A stretch of 63,551 nucleotides of DNA, the filler included, from Conidiobolus incongruus B7586 (lineage: Eukaryota), in NCBI GenBank assembly GCA_000697335.1. It is 27 parts of 27 records of this genome, joined end to end, with 100 filler letters (N's around TTAATTAATTAA, not from the genome) between each part and the next. Parts side by side here need not be neighbours in the genome. Positions count along the whole stretch, not along the records: positions 1 to 5,480 come from JNEM01005507.1; positions 5,581 to 7,570 come from JNEM01005517.1; positions 7,671 to 9,257 come from JNEM01005522.1; positions 9,358 to 10,386 come from JNEM01005523.1; positions 10,487 to 11,738 come from JNEM01005524.1; positions 11,839 to 14,888 come from JNEM01005526.1; 21 more parts are not named here. One strand, written 5' to 3'. This document shows, piece by piece, positions 1-14,149 of this stretch. Below the pieces are notes generated by a model. It was not told the DNA's origin, made no database searches, and saw only the letters and a program-made list of their open reading frames with translations. Numbering within the stretch: position 1 is the stretch's first letter; each line of letters opens with the position of its first letter. The position numbers and the translations under genes were made by a program.

Positions 1-2284
1 AAAAAATATATATTTATAAAATATTAAGCTATTATATATTAATATATAATATTTCAAAATTGCAAAGAAATAAATATTAATATTGAAAAAATCAAAAATA
101 TATATATTAATATATCAAAATCAATAAAAATCATCAAATATTAAAATACTTATTTATAATAATTATTATTAATTTGATATATTTTTAGTTTCTAAGAAAT
201 TTTCAGAATTTGTTAAATTTTAGAATTTACAACTTTTATTATAATGAATAATAATACAAATAAATATTTCAATTACCTAATATATTTTAAAATTATATAT
301 TTTATATTTTTAATATATTTAAATTAAAATATTAATATAATATATTAATATTATTAATTTTTCGATAATATATTAAATATTACTTAAAATTATAAAAATA
401 AAATAAATATTATGATTATATCTAATACTCTCTAAATTTAAGGTATTATAATTTTTAGTGTTTTGGATTATTAAAAGAATTTTATCATAAATATTTTTAA
501 ATTTCAATGATATTAATAGAAAATATAATAAAATATTTAAATTATATATTTAATTAATAGTTTGAATCAATGTAAATAACTTTCAGCAATTTTAAAATAT
601 ATTATCATAAATTATTGATAGTATTATATTAATCTATTTTTTTTCTTTTATTACTTTTGTTATTTTATTATATTGGGTTATAATTTTAATTTTTTCCAAA
701 AATTCAAAATAACAAAAATATAAATATGTTAATTATTATTATTATAAAAAATTAAATTTAGTTATTAAATTAATAAAAACTATATAAATCAGTATTAATA
801 ATTAAATCAAAAATATTAATTTTAAAAAAAATAAAAATATAAGAAATAATACTATAAGATTGAATTTAATGATAACATGTTTTAATATTTTGATGAATCA
901 TAACACATGATTTGAATATAATTTAAATGAAGATAAGTAATATTCAAGTTAGATTAAATTGAATTGTCTAATATGGTAAACTTTTAATATAATAAATAAA
1001 ACCGTAAAATTAATGGTGAATCTAGATTGATATTATTATCTTTGGATTAAAGGAAATAGATTGAAGTTTTATAATATTCATTTATCAAAATATTGTGAAA
1101 TTTTAAAAAAAAGATTTTCGATAAGTCATAAGATATTAGATGATTAACACTACTTTCAACAATTATTGATACTAAAATCAGCATGTTTAAGAAACAAAAA
1201 ATTTATAACTAAACTTAATACTTAATATTTGTTAAAAATTTCTTTATTATTGAATTTACTAAATAAAGAAACCGATTAATAATACTAATTAATAAGTTAC
1301 AATGATTAAAATTATCAATTTTTAGATATTAGTATCTATTTTAATCAAGTACTATTAAAAATAATTCATATATTAATAAAAGAAATATATGAATTTTTTT
1401 ATTATCTAAGTTTATTAATAATCTTGGTATTATAAGTTTTAATGGAATGTTTTTACTGAATTTTTGAAAATCGTTTAAGGTTCCAAAAATTTTACTTAAT
1501 TTAGTATTAAACAGATTTATTTGTAGATCATTTTTAATCTATAACAGGGGTCATAATATTTGTTAATATTCTTAAAGATTACAAAGATCAATTTAAGAAT
1601 TTATCAAGTAAAAGTGCGTTGAAAAAGGTATTGATACTAGGACTATAATTACTGTGCTTTTTTATCTTATTGTTTGAATTTTAGACAAATAATTAGTTTG
1701 TTTTATTGTCAAAGTATCATATGGAAAATTATTAAAATGCATGTAGATTAGTCAATTAAGTAGAGAAGGTTGAATCGAAAATAAACCGTTATAATAATGA
1801 TATCAAGGTATAGACCAAAATAACGTGATAATTTTTCAATATCATAATATATATTATTCTAAATTTAATAAAATAACAGTTCTAATTTAGAAATTTCAAC
1901 TCACACAACAATTATTAATTAATAAAAGTGGAAAATAATCCCTGATTAACAAAAGATCTCCCTTTAAAATTTAAAATATCTATCAATTTCTAATTTTTGA
2001 CTAATATTCATAAACTGACCATATAATATATATTGTTTATTTTAAATTATAAATTAATAAATTTATAATAAGTTTTTAAAATAATAAATATCCATTTTCA
2101 TATGATAATAATTGGTATTATTATTATTATTATTATAAACATTTAAAATTTATTTACAATTTTTTCAATTTTAATTTACAAAAATATTATTGTTATTATT
2201 ATTAAATTTAATGATTTTTAAATTTGGTTTCGGTAAATTTTTTGTGGGAAATTTAGGAGAAAGGAGAATTATAGATGATTCTAT

Positions 2285-3667
2285 TTATCCAAATAGATTC
2301 CGTAATTGACTCGCAGGATGGAGAATGAGAGTGCTGAGCATTTTCAAGCGTTTTGTACTCTTATCGAAAGTTTTTGACTTAGTGGAACTGGGATTCTGTC
2401 CATGGTTCGTTGGTTCGTACAGTTCGTTGCCCAGGTTCAAGTTGGGCGTGCGAGGGGTTGTGGGGAAATCCATCACGGTGCTAAGGCTATTTGGACTCAC
2501 ACTTCCACTAACACTACTTCCTCCACCTTCGTCGTTGTACAGTGGTGGTGGTGCGTCGCATTCGACTAGCCAACTTTCCCTTAAATCTCCGTACCTTGGA
2601 AGACCATCCAACAACCGAGATTTTTCTACCTCAATTAAGGTAACTGGAGTTTTGATACTCAAACTCTTTGTAATCCCATGCATACTGTAGATGACATTGA
2701 GTTTGATGTGATGAGTAACTTCAAATAACTTATTTTGAGTGCTTGAATAAAGTGCACCACTTGAATTGGCTGGATCAATCAAAGGTAAATGAATGTTAAA
2801 GGTTGAAAAGCTAGTCGTATCATCTTCAAAGCTAGTTTCTGCATCACGCGCACTATAAGGCATTCTCACCCACGATAGCACATTAATACAGCTCAGATTG
2901 GGGTTGAGGTGACTGGTTTCGGGAATATTGATCTTTTGTTTCAAGAAGCCTCCAATGGACTGGATCTGGAAGTAAGGATATGGGAGCTGAAGCTGAAAAC
3001 TTACATCAATAGTATCCGATCTTCCGTAAACTTTATGGGGTGCAGAGATGGAGTATTGAATTATATCGTTCCAATTTCCTGCATAATCCAAACTTTCAAA
3101 CAACAGTGAACTCGTGGGCAGTATCCATCTCACTACTTGAATCGGCCTTTCCAACTTATACACACTCCACCTTCCAAGGCCCCTGCAGTATGCTACTAAC
3201 TTATACTCCACCTTAAGTCGTTCGGATGTGACAGTAGTAGGGGACTCTCCTGACAGGATAAATTCAAAGGGGAATCTATTCACCGAATTCGAGAAGGTTC
3301 TGGGTGAATTAAACAACTCTACTTTATTTCTGCTTACCACCTCGCCCTGTATTGTATTCCAAGGCTGGTGACCGGTACTTCTAGTCAGCACCGTACAGAT
3401 CAATTCCACCTTCAATTTTTTCAGCTGAATAGACTTAGAAATATCGAGCTCAACATAACCCGATAACACAGCACCACATGACTCTGCAGGATTTCCTCGA
3501 AATTCCACCACTCCATTATAGTCCACAATTCTCACACTGTAAGGAGGTGACAATAACGGAATTATGCACTGAGACGGTTTATGATCTTTGGAATCATAAG
3601 CTTCCACAAAGTTAGGAAAGTTCATAAAATTAGTATAAATATCACTTTGCGGTACAGTCAAACTCAT
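2285..3667 (-). CDS. Alpha-arrestin / ART-type Rsp5 ubiquitin-ligase adaptor (CreD/Rod1-like), intronless
   Basis: 460-aa ORF. Arrestin_N-like segments (GAVLSGYVELDISKSIQLKKLKVEL; FPFEFILSGESPTTV; VEYKLVA; RPIQVVR), an Arrestin_C-like segment (WNDIIQYSISAPHKVYG) and a C-terminal tail with PY motifs LPRY and PPLY. Confidence 0.85.
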   Translation of the reverse strand: MSLTVPQSDIYTNFMNFPNFVEAYDSKDHKPSQCIIPLLSPPYSVRIVDYNGVVEFRGNPAESCGAVLSGYVELDISKSIQLKKLKVELICTVLTRSTGHQPWNTIQGEVVSRNKVELFNSPRTFSNSVNRFPFEFILSGESPTTVTSERLKVEYKLVAYCRGLGRWSVYKLERPIQVVRWILPTSSLLFESLDYAGNWNDIIQYSISAPHKVYGRSDTIDVSFQLQLPYPYFQIQSIGGFLKQKINIPETSHLNPNLSCINVLSWVRMPYSARDAETSFEDDTTSFSTFNIHLPLIDPANSSGALYSSTQNKLFEVTHHIKLNVIYSMHGITKSLSIKTPVTLIEVEKSRLLDGLPRYGDLRESWLVECDAPPPLYNDEGGGSSVSGSVSPNSLSTVMDFPTTPRTPNLNLGNELYEPTNHGQNPSSTKSKTFDKSTKRLKMLSTLILHPASQLRNLFG

Positions 3668-5480
3668 AATTACAAAAAGAATAAAAATATGAACAAGAAT
3701 AGGCTTTAGATAACGATTAACAATTGCCTATTAGTAATCAATAATAAATTTGGGAAAAAAATCAAAATTCAACCAACAGGAATAAAAAAGAAAATTAAAT
3801 GATATGAAATTGAAATTTGGAAAGATATAAGACCCTTAAATAATACTAAAAATTAATAAAATAATTAGTATATACAGGAATTGATAAGTGATCCAATTGT
3901 AGTATATAATCTGAAATTAAAAATAAACAGTGTGGGGCTTATAAAATAAGGAAATTGATGGATTTTTGATATACTAAATCCCTTGAACAAATAATTCTAA
4001 TTAATAATAATATTAAGTATTTATAATTGGTTATTTTTGAAGATCTTTAATAATTTAATAAAATGGAAAATTTTATAATTTTTATTATTTTTAATATTTT
4101 ATCTATAAACTTATTATTGTTAATATTATTAAATTTAATATTAATTTTCCATTTTTTCCATTTAATAAAAAAAATATTCTTTTATATTAATTTAATTTTT
4201 AAATTCAATTAAATATACTTATATATTTGTTTATTAATATATTTTAAAAAAAATAATTTTTATACTAAATCTATTCACGGAAATTCTATTATCAATTCAT
4301 TTCTATGATTTCCAAAGTAAGCAATCGTATTATTATAATGATTAATAATTATATTATGATTCTAATTTGATTTCACTATAAGACATTAATTCTAATAAAA
4401 TATCATCATGATTTCATAAAAAATTATTAAAATGTACTAATTATTTTTAAATTATTAAGTAATTTAGTGTGATTTACATATATATTTTAGAATTTCAATC
4501 TAATCAAATGACACTTAAAAATTAAATAAAAAGATTAAGAGATAAATTTGGATAATTATGTTAATATTCACTAATGATTTGATAATTAAGAACGCGGAAA
4601 TTCGACAGTTATTTCTTCAATATTTTTTATTAACTAGAAACAATGTACTAATTTTAAAATGATAAAATAAATTAGCAAATAGTACAATACATTATAATTT
4701 TGATATCTGATATCAAAATATTAAGTCATAAAGTTAATATATATATTAATAATGTAAGCCTTGAAATCAAAATTTAAAAGTCACTTTTATAGTATAAATA
4801 CTTATTACAACTTAGTATTTGGCATAGTCTAAATTATTAATTTTTTCTCAATGTTATATTGAAATAATATAACTATCCAATTAGATTTGAATTTCTCAGT
4901 CTCTTTTAACTTATCCAAATACTTTTGTATTACCAACTTAAGTAATATTCTGAAATATTACTTTTATTATTTATATAATTTAATTATTAAAAAATTATAG
5001 AAATATAAATCAAATCTGAAAATATTTATAAAATAAAATAATGAATTTATTATAATATATTTTTTTAATTTTATATTATTCAAATTTCTATTAATTTTTT
5101 AAAACTAATTAATATTATTTTTTTTAGTTTAATAAAATTTATATATATAGTCAATTTACTATTTATAGAAATCTAGACCACTCTCCAATTTTCTAAATGC
5201 CAAAATTTGGAATTAAAATTAAAAATGATGTAATTTAATAAACTAAATTGTTCTTATAAAATGATATATTAATTATTTATTATCTCACATTTTATTTTAC
5301 ATATATAATTACATTAAGATTATCCTTTTGAAATATTTTTTTCTTGGCTAATTTAGTTTATTCACAATGAAATTTTTTTAAAAAATTATAACTTTTCAAT
5401 TGTTTAAAATATATTTAATTAAAATATGACGAATTGAAATTAGTATTAAAAATAACAAAAGAAAAAAAATAATATAATTA

Positions 5481-5580
5481 NNNNNNNNNNNNNNNNNNNN
5501 NNNNNNNNNNNNNNNNNNNNNNNNTTAATTAATTAANNNNNNNNNNNNNNNNNNNNNNNNNNNNNNNNNNNNNNNNNNNN
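5481..5580. other. Assembly spacer N44-TTAATTAATTAA-N44 (first of 26)
   Basis: The same 100-nt spacer with a six-frame-stop linker starts near 5481, 7571, 9258, 10387, 11739, 14889, 16514, 18188, 20529, 31467, 32578, 34178, 36198, 38482, 40228, 41700, 42883, 44887, 46356, 48676, 50449, 54577, 56679, 58297, 59544 and 60690. Confidence 0.98.
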
Positions 5581-7100
5581 AAACTGCTTTTTTAAGTAGG
5601 TAAAGATAATTTTAAAATAATTAAAGTAAAGATAATATAATTAAAATACCTAAAGTTAATTAAAATATTAACAAGTGTGTTTATAAAAAATCTAGTTAAA
5701 ATAAATAATAAGATGATAATTAAAAGTAAAGAATCATAAGATAAATTAATTACTAAAATATTTTTAATTTCTAGAAATTTAATAAATTAAAGCTTTTTAA
5801 TATATATAATTTAATTTGTAAAATCATTAATCTATTAAAGCTTTTATAGAATAAATTAGAATCTATTTATTAATTTTGAAAAAGGTAATTTTAAAGTTAT
5901 ATTAATAATATTCAAGTTTAATTTATAGTTAATAAGTTAAGATTGTTGAAAATTAAGCAAATATTATCTTTTGAAGGGATATTTATTAGCTTTATAATTA
6001 ACTTAAGTTTATTAACAATAGTAATAACTTTTATTTACCTTTAAATAAACTTTAACTTTTTTACTAAAAATTATCTTATAAAACTTTAAAGCAAAAATAT
6101 TTATCATTTAAGATTTAAGTAAGCTAAAGTAAAATTTAAAAAATTAATTCTTAAGATAAAAAGATTTAGTTATTAAGTAAAAGATATTATTAATTATAAT
6201 TGTTATATTACAATTGTTAAAAAAATATATAATTAAAATATTCTTTATTAATTAATTAAAATTTTACTTAAAAAATATATTATTATAATAACTTATAGAT
6301 TTATTTTTTTAGTAATATTTAATATGTTTAAGTATATTTTATTAAATTTTTTGATTAATTACTTTATAGAAGTTTTTTGTTTAAGTTAAGAAAGTTTTTT
6401 TATTAATTAAACTTAATCTTTTAAGTAATACTTTTTTTTAAAGGTTTTTTCTAATTATTTAAAGGTTTGTATTTTTATAATAAGTTATCCCTTTAAAAGT
6501 TTTTTAATATTAAGTTTATAATAAGTTAATTATTAAGTATAATTAGATTTTTCTAAAAAAATAGTTAATTTAAAGATGTTTTTTAAATCTTTATTAAAAA
6601 TTAAATTAAGATAATTTTTAATAATTTTAAAATAATTTTCAAACTTATAAATGTTTTTAAAATTATCATAAATAGGTAATTTATCTTTAACAATACTAAA
6701 TAAGTAATTTAATATGTTAATAATAGTGAAATAGTTAATTTATTAGATTTAAGCTTTTTAAATTATGTTTTTCTTAACTAAAAATTGTTTAATATAAATT
6801 TCTTAAAAGATAATAAACTTTTAAAGATTAAAATCTTAAATTTATTTAATAATTAAGCTATTATTATTATTAAAGTAATATAAAGGTATCTTTTTTTTAA
6901 TAATATTATAGTGTATAATATTAAATTTAAGTAAAATAAATTATAAATAAAATTTAAAATAATAATAAATAAATTTAATACAAATAATTATTAGTTTTTA
7001 ATAAGTTTTTAATAGTATTATAATTGTTACTATATAAGTATAGTAGTAAAATATTAATATGACATAGAGGAAAACTTAATATATAAGTAATATAATATAA
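5581..7100. repeat. Unclassified degenerate dispersed repeat, family C, copy 1
   Basis: Colinear with 38700-40150; for example 'aattactaaaatattttta(a/g)tttcta' and 'tattcaagtttaatttata(g/a)ttaat' are in both. CpG-free and rich in stop codons. Ends are approximate. Confidence 0.7.
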
Positions 7101-7670
7101 AATATAATATTATAATATAATTGTAGTATATAAATATAAATAAAAATTAATTAAGCTTTAAATTAAGATAAATCACTAATATATTAAAATATATATTAGG
7201 TAGTGTTAATATACTATAATATTAATAGGATATAGTCTCAATCTTAAAAATAATATAAAAGATAAAAAATAGTAAAAATTGAGAGAAAAAAGAAAAACCT
7301 AGTTTATTAAATAATTCAATGCTATTTATATAATTAATTTAACTATAAAAGAATAAATTAATCATATAATTTATAGTTAATTGAATTATATAGAAATATA
7401 TAAAAGAATTTAAAAAACTATTCTCTTAACAAATTATTTTATATTTATATAAATTTTATAAATATATAAGATTTATTTTCAATATTTAAAAAAATTTAAA
7501 TAATAATTTATATATTTTTAATTTTTAAAATTTTTATTTTGTATTATAGATATTGATAATTATTAATATTNNNNNNNNNNNNNNNNNNNNNNNNNNNNNN
7601 NNNNNNNNNNNNNNTTAATTAATTAANNNNNNNNNNNNNNNNNNNNNNNNNNNNNNNNNNNNNNNNNNNN

Positions 7671-7824
7671 TAATAACTAAATATTATTATATAATGATAT
7701 ATATTATTAATAAATATAATAGATTTTAATTATTTAATTTAAGTTTATTTTATTAAATATTTATTAAGTTATTAGTAGAAATATAAGTGTTTTTAATTTT
7801 ATAATTTATTTTTATAGGTTAGTA
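7671..7824 (+). mobile_element. Tc1 family A, 3' end only, abutting or inserted in the 5' end of the next copy
   Basis: Reverse complement of the terminus at 36631 (aagtgtttttaattttataatttatttttataggttagta), followed by TA. Confidence 0.7.
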
Positions 7825-7826
7825 TA

Positions 7827-9254
7827 TTATATTAGCTATTGGTTAATTTATTAAAACCCAAAATTTAACTAAAGTAAGTTATAAATTTACAGGTTTATAA
7901 ATTAAAAGGTTATAAATAACAAAACTTATATATATCTTTTTTTTTTCTTTTGTTGTATTGTATATATTATAAAATTATTAAGCTAATATTTGAAAATTAA
8001 TATTATAATACCTAAATCTCTCTCTAAAAAAGTTTACTTATATATTAATCAACTTTATAATAAAAATAAATTAACTTGTAAGATTGCTAAAATTATTAGT
8101 GTTAGCTAATCTACTATAGTTAAAGTTATTAAGAGTAATATTAAAGAAACATTTAAACTAAAACTTAAACATGTTAAAATTATAGATAAACATGATAAAA
8201 AGTATATTTGTAGATTAATTAGTATAGGTAAGTATAATACTACTATATAAGTGTAACAAGAATTATGAAACTATATAAGAATATTAGTTAGTATTAATAC
8301 TATTATATATACTTTATATTAGAATATATATTACTTATACTTTAAAAAAAACACTTTTAACTAAAGAAGTCTTATTATAAAGTTAAATAAGAGTTTAAAT
8401 GTTAATACTAAAGTAAAATTAAAATTAACTAGAGTAAAGTTATTTAGTCTAATGAAACAAAGATATGTTTTAATAAATCTAATAAAAAAGTTAGATGTTT
8501 TAAAAAAGATAAAAAACTACTTTATAACTATTATGTTATTATAACCCAAAAATATAATAATGGGTTAATTATAATTTATAGATGTATATTATCTTTAAGT
8601 ATAAGGTATTTTTATAGGGTTGATAAGGGAATTAATAGTGAGTTATATTAAAGTATTCTAAACAATAAATTGAAATAAAACTATTAAGTAATATAGATTA
8701 AAAAAATTAAATATTATTTTCTAACAAGATAATATACTTTGCTATACTATAAATTCTATTATTAAATGGTTTAAAAGTAACAAAATAACTATTATAAAAT
8801 AGCCTCTTTAATCTCTTAATTTTAACCTAATTAAATATCTTTACAATCAACTAAAAAAATTAATTAAAGTTTTCCCCCAGCAAAAAATTTAAATCAACTT
8901 TAAGAGTATATTTAAGAAGTTTAGAATAATATTAGTCCTACCTAATATAAAAAGATAGTTGATTCTATACCCCATAAATTTAAAGAAGTTAGAAAAACAA
9001 AAGATAAATATATTAAATATTAATTTTTCTATTAATACTAAAACCTACAAATTTATAACTTATCTTAAATATATTTTTAGTATTAATATATCAATTAATT
9101 ATTAATTAAATTTAACTATATATATTATATTATAAATAAAAAATATATATTAATTATATAGTTTAATATAAGTTTATTTTAATTAGAATTAATTAAGATA
9201 TTAATAGAAATTTATATATTTTTAATTTTATGACTTACTTTTACAGGTTAGTGT
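7827..9254 (+). mobile_element. Tc1 (DD34E) transposon relic, family A; dead transposase about 8008-9023
   Basis: Reversing transitions gives WSKVIWSDETK (tag agt aaa gtt att tag tct aat gaa aca), FQQDN, WPPQSPDxNPIE (tag cct ctt taa tct ctt aat ttt aac cta att aaa) and a C-terminal KG(G)xTKY*. There are 34 codons between the second D and the E. The 3' terminus is ...tgacttacttttacaggttagtg followed by TA. Confidence 0.9.
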
Positions 9255-9357
9255 ATGNNNNNNNNNNNNNNNNNNNNNNNNNNNNNNNNNNNNNNNNNNN
9301 NTTAATTAATTAANNNNNNNNNNNNNNNNNNNNNNNNNNNNNNNNNNNNNNNNNNNN

Positions 9358-10386
9358 TTTGTAATAGAAAATAAATAAATATTTAAATATATATTATATA
9401 AAAATAAAAATAAAATATAAATTTAATGATTTCCTTTAATATTAATAACTTTTTGCTATATTTTTAGCAAACTTCTAATACTTAAAAAATAGTTCTTTTT
9501 ATTAAAAACTGAAATTTAATATTTTACAAACTAATTAAATTTCCTTATAGAAATTTTCTTTTTTGTAAGCTAGTTTTTTAATTTCTTTAAGCAATTATTA
9601 TCAAATAGGTTATAATTTATGGAATACTAGATGTGGTAGTTTTTTCCAGTTATTTTTAACTAAAAAGTTTTTTATAGTTTTAGCTTTATATATTTTATAA
9701 TTATTATACAAAAATAATTGATTTTCTTAAAATATATTAAAAACACCAATTAAAAATATTTTTAATTAAAAAATAATATAAAGTTTATTATTAATTGATT
9801 TTCTTTCAAGAATTAAATAAAAATATTATATACTATTAAAATCTTTTATAATAATTAATATTTACTTATTTATAAAATAATTATTTAAAGGGATTTATAA
9901 AAGGGGTTGGTTTAACTTAAACTAACATATTGGTTTATATTTTAATAAAGGATTATACATTAATATTTAAGATTCATTAATTATAATTATATGCTATATA
10001 AGTTTAAACTTCTAATAATTTTTTAATAAATTTTGTGTAATAATAGCTATTTTAGATTTTTTTTAAACTTTATTTAAATTATAAACTATTTATTTTATAT
10101 TTTTATTTATTAATTTGAGTTGAAACTTAAATATATATAAAATACTTATAAAACTAATATTAAAATGCTTAGATAATTCTCTATCTGAAATAAAAAGGTG
10201 CTTTTTAATATATTTTTTCATTTTATTAATAATTAAAAGAATAACAATTAAAGTTGGTTTTTTAAATTTTAATAGATAATGGATAATTTTTCTCTTAACT
10301 TTAAAATAATTTACCAAGTGATAAATTGTTAATTTAAATAATACTTTATTATTAAAATTATTTGTAAATTTTAAATAATTTTAAAA
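9358..10386 (-). mobile_element. Mariner (DD34D) relic, family B, subfamily B1
   Basis: Track ORF 10090-10317 (ISDRELSKHFNIS, HTH-like) ends at a mutated W of the WVPHNL-like motif. Downstream 'aactggaaaaaactaccacatctagtattccataaattataaccta' is a degenerate WEKLPHPxYSPDYNP. Confidence 0.85.
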
Positions 10387-10527
10387 NNNNNNNNNNNNNN
10401 NNNNNNNNNNNNNNNNNNNNNNNNNNNNNNTTAATTAATTAANNNNNNNNNNNNNNNNNNNNNNNNNNNNNNNNNNNNNNNNNNNNATAAATTTTTACTT
10501 ATTTTAAATATATTTTTAATTTTAATA

Positions 10528-11738
10528 TTAGTATAAAAATTAAATAATGACATAATTTTAAAATTAAAATTAAATAAATAAATTAATAAATAATATATAG
10601 ATATTAATGAATAATATAAAATTAATATCCTCTTTTATTATTAATAACTCTTTTCTATACTTTTAATAAGTTTCTAATACTTAAAAAACAGTTCTTTTTA
10701 TTACAGACTAAAATTTAATATTTTATGAACTAATTTAATTTGTTTGCAAAAATTTTTTTTCCTGTAAGCTGTTTTTTTAATTATCTAAAACAATTATAAT
10801 CATATGGGTTATAATCAGGTGAATATATTAAATATAATAACTCCCTTTAATTTATTTTATATAAAAAATTTTTTATAACTTTAGTTTTATATATTTTGTA
10901 ACTATTATACAAAATAATAGGTGTTTTTGATTTATATTAAAAACACAATTTAGAAATTGTTTTATTTAAAAAAATAATATATAACTTACTATTAATTGAT
11001 TTTCCTTAAGATATTAAATAAAAAAACCATATAACATTATAATAAATTATAATAATTAATATTTATTTATATTCAAAATATTTATTTATTAGAATTTATA
11101 AAAGGGATTAATTTAGCTTAACCTAACATCTTGTTTTATTTTTAAGTAAAGGATTATATAAAAGAACCTAAGATTTATCAATTATAAGTATTTATTATAA
11201 AAACCTTTTTTTTAGTTATACCTTAATAGGTTTAGTTTAGTTATAGCTACTTTAGTTTTCTTTTAGGTTTTTATTAAATTATAAAATATCTATTTTATAT
11301 TTTTATTAATTAATCTAAGTTTAAACTTAAGTAAATATAATATGCTTATATAATTAAAATTAAATTACTTTAATAGTTCTCTAACAAAAATAAAAGGGTA
11401 TATCTTAATATATTTTTTGACTTAATTGTTAAGTGAAAAAATGACAATAAAAATTAGTCTTTTAGATTTTGGTAAATTTTAAATAATGTCCCTTCTAGCT
11501 TTAAAATCACAAATCTAGTAATATATGGTATTTTTAGATAAAACATTGTTTCCATAAACTATTTGCAAGTTTTAGATGATTTTAAAAGGTTTATAATTAA
11601 ATTTTAAAGATATAAAAATAAAAGCCTTTTGATAATCACAATCTAGTTTAAGTATGATTAAATTTAAACATAAATTTTAAAATCAAAATATTTTAATAAA
11701 AAAATAATTAAAATTAAATATATATATAGTTTGAAAAT
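10528..11738 (-). mobile_element. Mariner relic, subfamily B2
   Basis: Terminus ttagtataaaaattaaataatgacataa matches 53428 and the reverse complement of 21417. Retains tat tca cct gat tat aac cca tat gat tat (YSPDYNPxDY) at about 10796-10825. Confidence 0.88.
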
Positions 11739-11838
11739 NNNNNNNNNNNNNNNNNNNNNNNNNNNNNNNNNNNNNNNNNNNNTTAATTAATTAANNNNNN
11801 NNNNNNNNNNNNNNNNNNNNNNNNNNNNNNNNNNNNNN

Positions 11839-12182
11839 AAAACTTTCTAATTAAAAATAACTGGAAAAAACTACCATATCTAGTATATTCCTTAGATTAT
11901 AACCTATATAATTATAATTGCTTTAGGTAATTAAAAAACTAGATTACAGGAAAGAAAATTTTTATAAAAAAATTTAATTGGTTTGTAAAACATCAAATTT
12001 CAGTCTTTAATAAAAAAACTATTTTTTAGGAATTAGATTTTTACTAAAAATATAGCAAAAAGTTATTAATAATAAAGGAAACTATTAAATCTATACTATA
12101 TATTTATTTTTATATACTATATATTAAAATATTTATTAATTTTAAATTGCAAAAATTTCTTATTATTAACAATATAGAGTAA
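11839..12182 (+). mobile_element. Mariner relic B1, 3' part
   Basis: aac tgg aaa aaa cta cca tat cta gta tat tcc tta gat tat aac cta ... tgc ttt agg taa tta aaa aac tag is a transition-mutated NWEKLPHPxYSPDYNP..CFRQLKNW. The end tatagagtaa-ta is shared with 33068. Confidence 0.85.
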
Positions 12183-14149
12183 TATTATCATAGTTTTTAA
12201 TTTTAATAATGTATTTTTATTAACAATATTATGTTGTATAATATCAATATTTGTTTCAAAATTTTTCAACCTTAAAATTCTTTTGTATTAATTATAACAT
12301 TTAATATAACATTATTTTAAGCATTTTGCTTCCATTAAGTCTTGCTATTACTTGTAAATCAAATAATCTGAAGTTAAATTGAAATTGTGAATTATATCTA
12401 ATTATAATTTAATATATAAGTTAACCTATATAAATGGTATTACCATTTTTACAATTATATCAAAATAACCAAATATATTAATATAATGTTATATATAAAC
12501 CAAAAATAAATTTTTAAAGGATTCATTTATTAAAAGAGATTATATTCCGATAATACTGCGCTATATATATCAGGTTCAACTAATCAATTGATGATATTTT
12601 CAAATATATAGCAATCTCATATTTTTAATTGAATTGAATTAGTGAAATAAATTTTATATATTATTCCCTTTTAAAAATCTTGAGCATTTATATTTAAGCA
12701 AAATTTTTTACTCTTTAATATCTAATATTAGTTATTATAAATTTAAAATAATTTTCAATTTTTTATTAAGTTTAATATTGTTCAGTGGGATTTCAATTTA
12801 ATTAATAATTTAAAAATGATCAAATTATTAATAATGTCATAAAACATCCAGTTTATATTTGTCTAAAGATTTTAATATGTTTTTATTATTTACATTTATA
12901 GTAATAGTATATTTGATTCATTATATTAAATATTTATTTAGAGAAACCAATATATTTTTATTGATTTTTGCTCAAATTTGTATTTTCAGAATTTATATAA
13001 ATATTATGGAAAATAATTTATATATGTTAAATAATATATAAAGTTCAATATTTTCATAAATATATATGTATTATGGCTTGACTTTTTTTTGATATTGAAA
13101 TATATTATAAAAAATATTTTATTAATTAAAAAATATATTAGTAATTATTAGACTGCCAATCAAAACAATAATTTGATTTATTAATATCTTTAAATTGACT
13201 ATAATTTTATGTAAATTCTTTTCTTTATTATTTTTGTGATTTTAATTATAATAGAATTACAATGAAGTCTATTATTTTTGATACATTTTAGTCTTTCTCA
13301 ATTTAAGTAAAAAAATTCAATATTTATTCAACAATAATTTATCACCTTATTTCACGAACTCAGTATATATCAATTTTTTTATTTATTATTAATAAAATAT
13401 TTTAATTTTATAATAATTATTAATACAAACTACTTGTTTGTTATGATTCTTAATCTTGAAATATAAAAATTATCTATATTTAAATACTTAATAATAATAC
13501 CATACCCATTATTATATTAATTTCAATAGTTAGTCCGATATTTTACTGATTTTTTGAGTTTGATTAATAAAAGAATTATCATCTAATATAAGCCAATAAA
13601 ACCTTATTACGAAATTTCATATTTATTGTTCTATTAATGGATTTGAAATGAACAGGATATATAATTGTTTCTGGAAAAAAAGACTTTTTTAAGGATTAGG
13701 AAAAATCAGCCATTTTGAATAATAGAGCAATATTTAAAAACATTTTAAATTGATTTTTTGGTAGTGAAAAACTAATAAATAAGATATAGCATTAAATTTT
13801 TTTAAATAAAATATTTCATACTTTCTATATAATTCAATTTTTTGGGTTATTAGGAAAATACAGAATTTATATTTTTAAGGTAAATTTTAAAATATTAAAT
13901 AACTATAAGTGATTTGAGAAATATTTTTTATTATTAGTTTAGAAAGAAAAAATGGAAAATTTTTTAATTTCGGATTTTTCAAATAAATTTAAAGTTTGAA
14001 AAATCAAATATACATAAAATATATAGGAGAATTAATATCTTGAATATATATATAACTTATAACTATTTTTTATTGAAATATTTTTAAAATTTGAGGTTAA
14101 ATTAAACTAAGCTTAAACGAAATAATGGTTATCTAAAGTTTTTATTTTA

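Noticed and set aside
2325..3109. Plus-strand ORFs 2325-2690 and 2909-3109
   Set aside because: Antisense shadows of the arrestin CDS.
8008..9023. Alternative genetic code (TAA/TAG read as Gln or Trp) or RNA editing rescuing the transposases
   Set aside because: Host genes end at TAA/TAG normally, stop positions vary between copies, and missense transitions also destroy catalytic residues.
12859..13041. 60-aa ORF
   Set aside because: F/I/N/K/Y-rich chance ORF in AT-rich DNA, with a non-ATG start and no motif.
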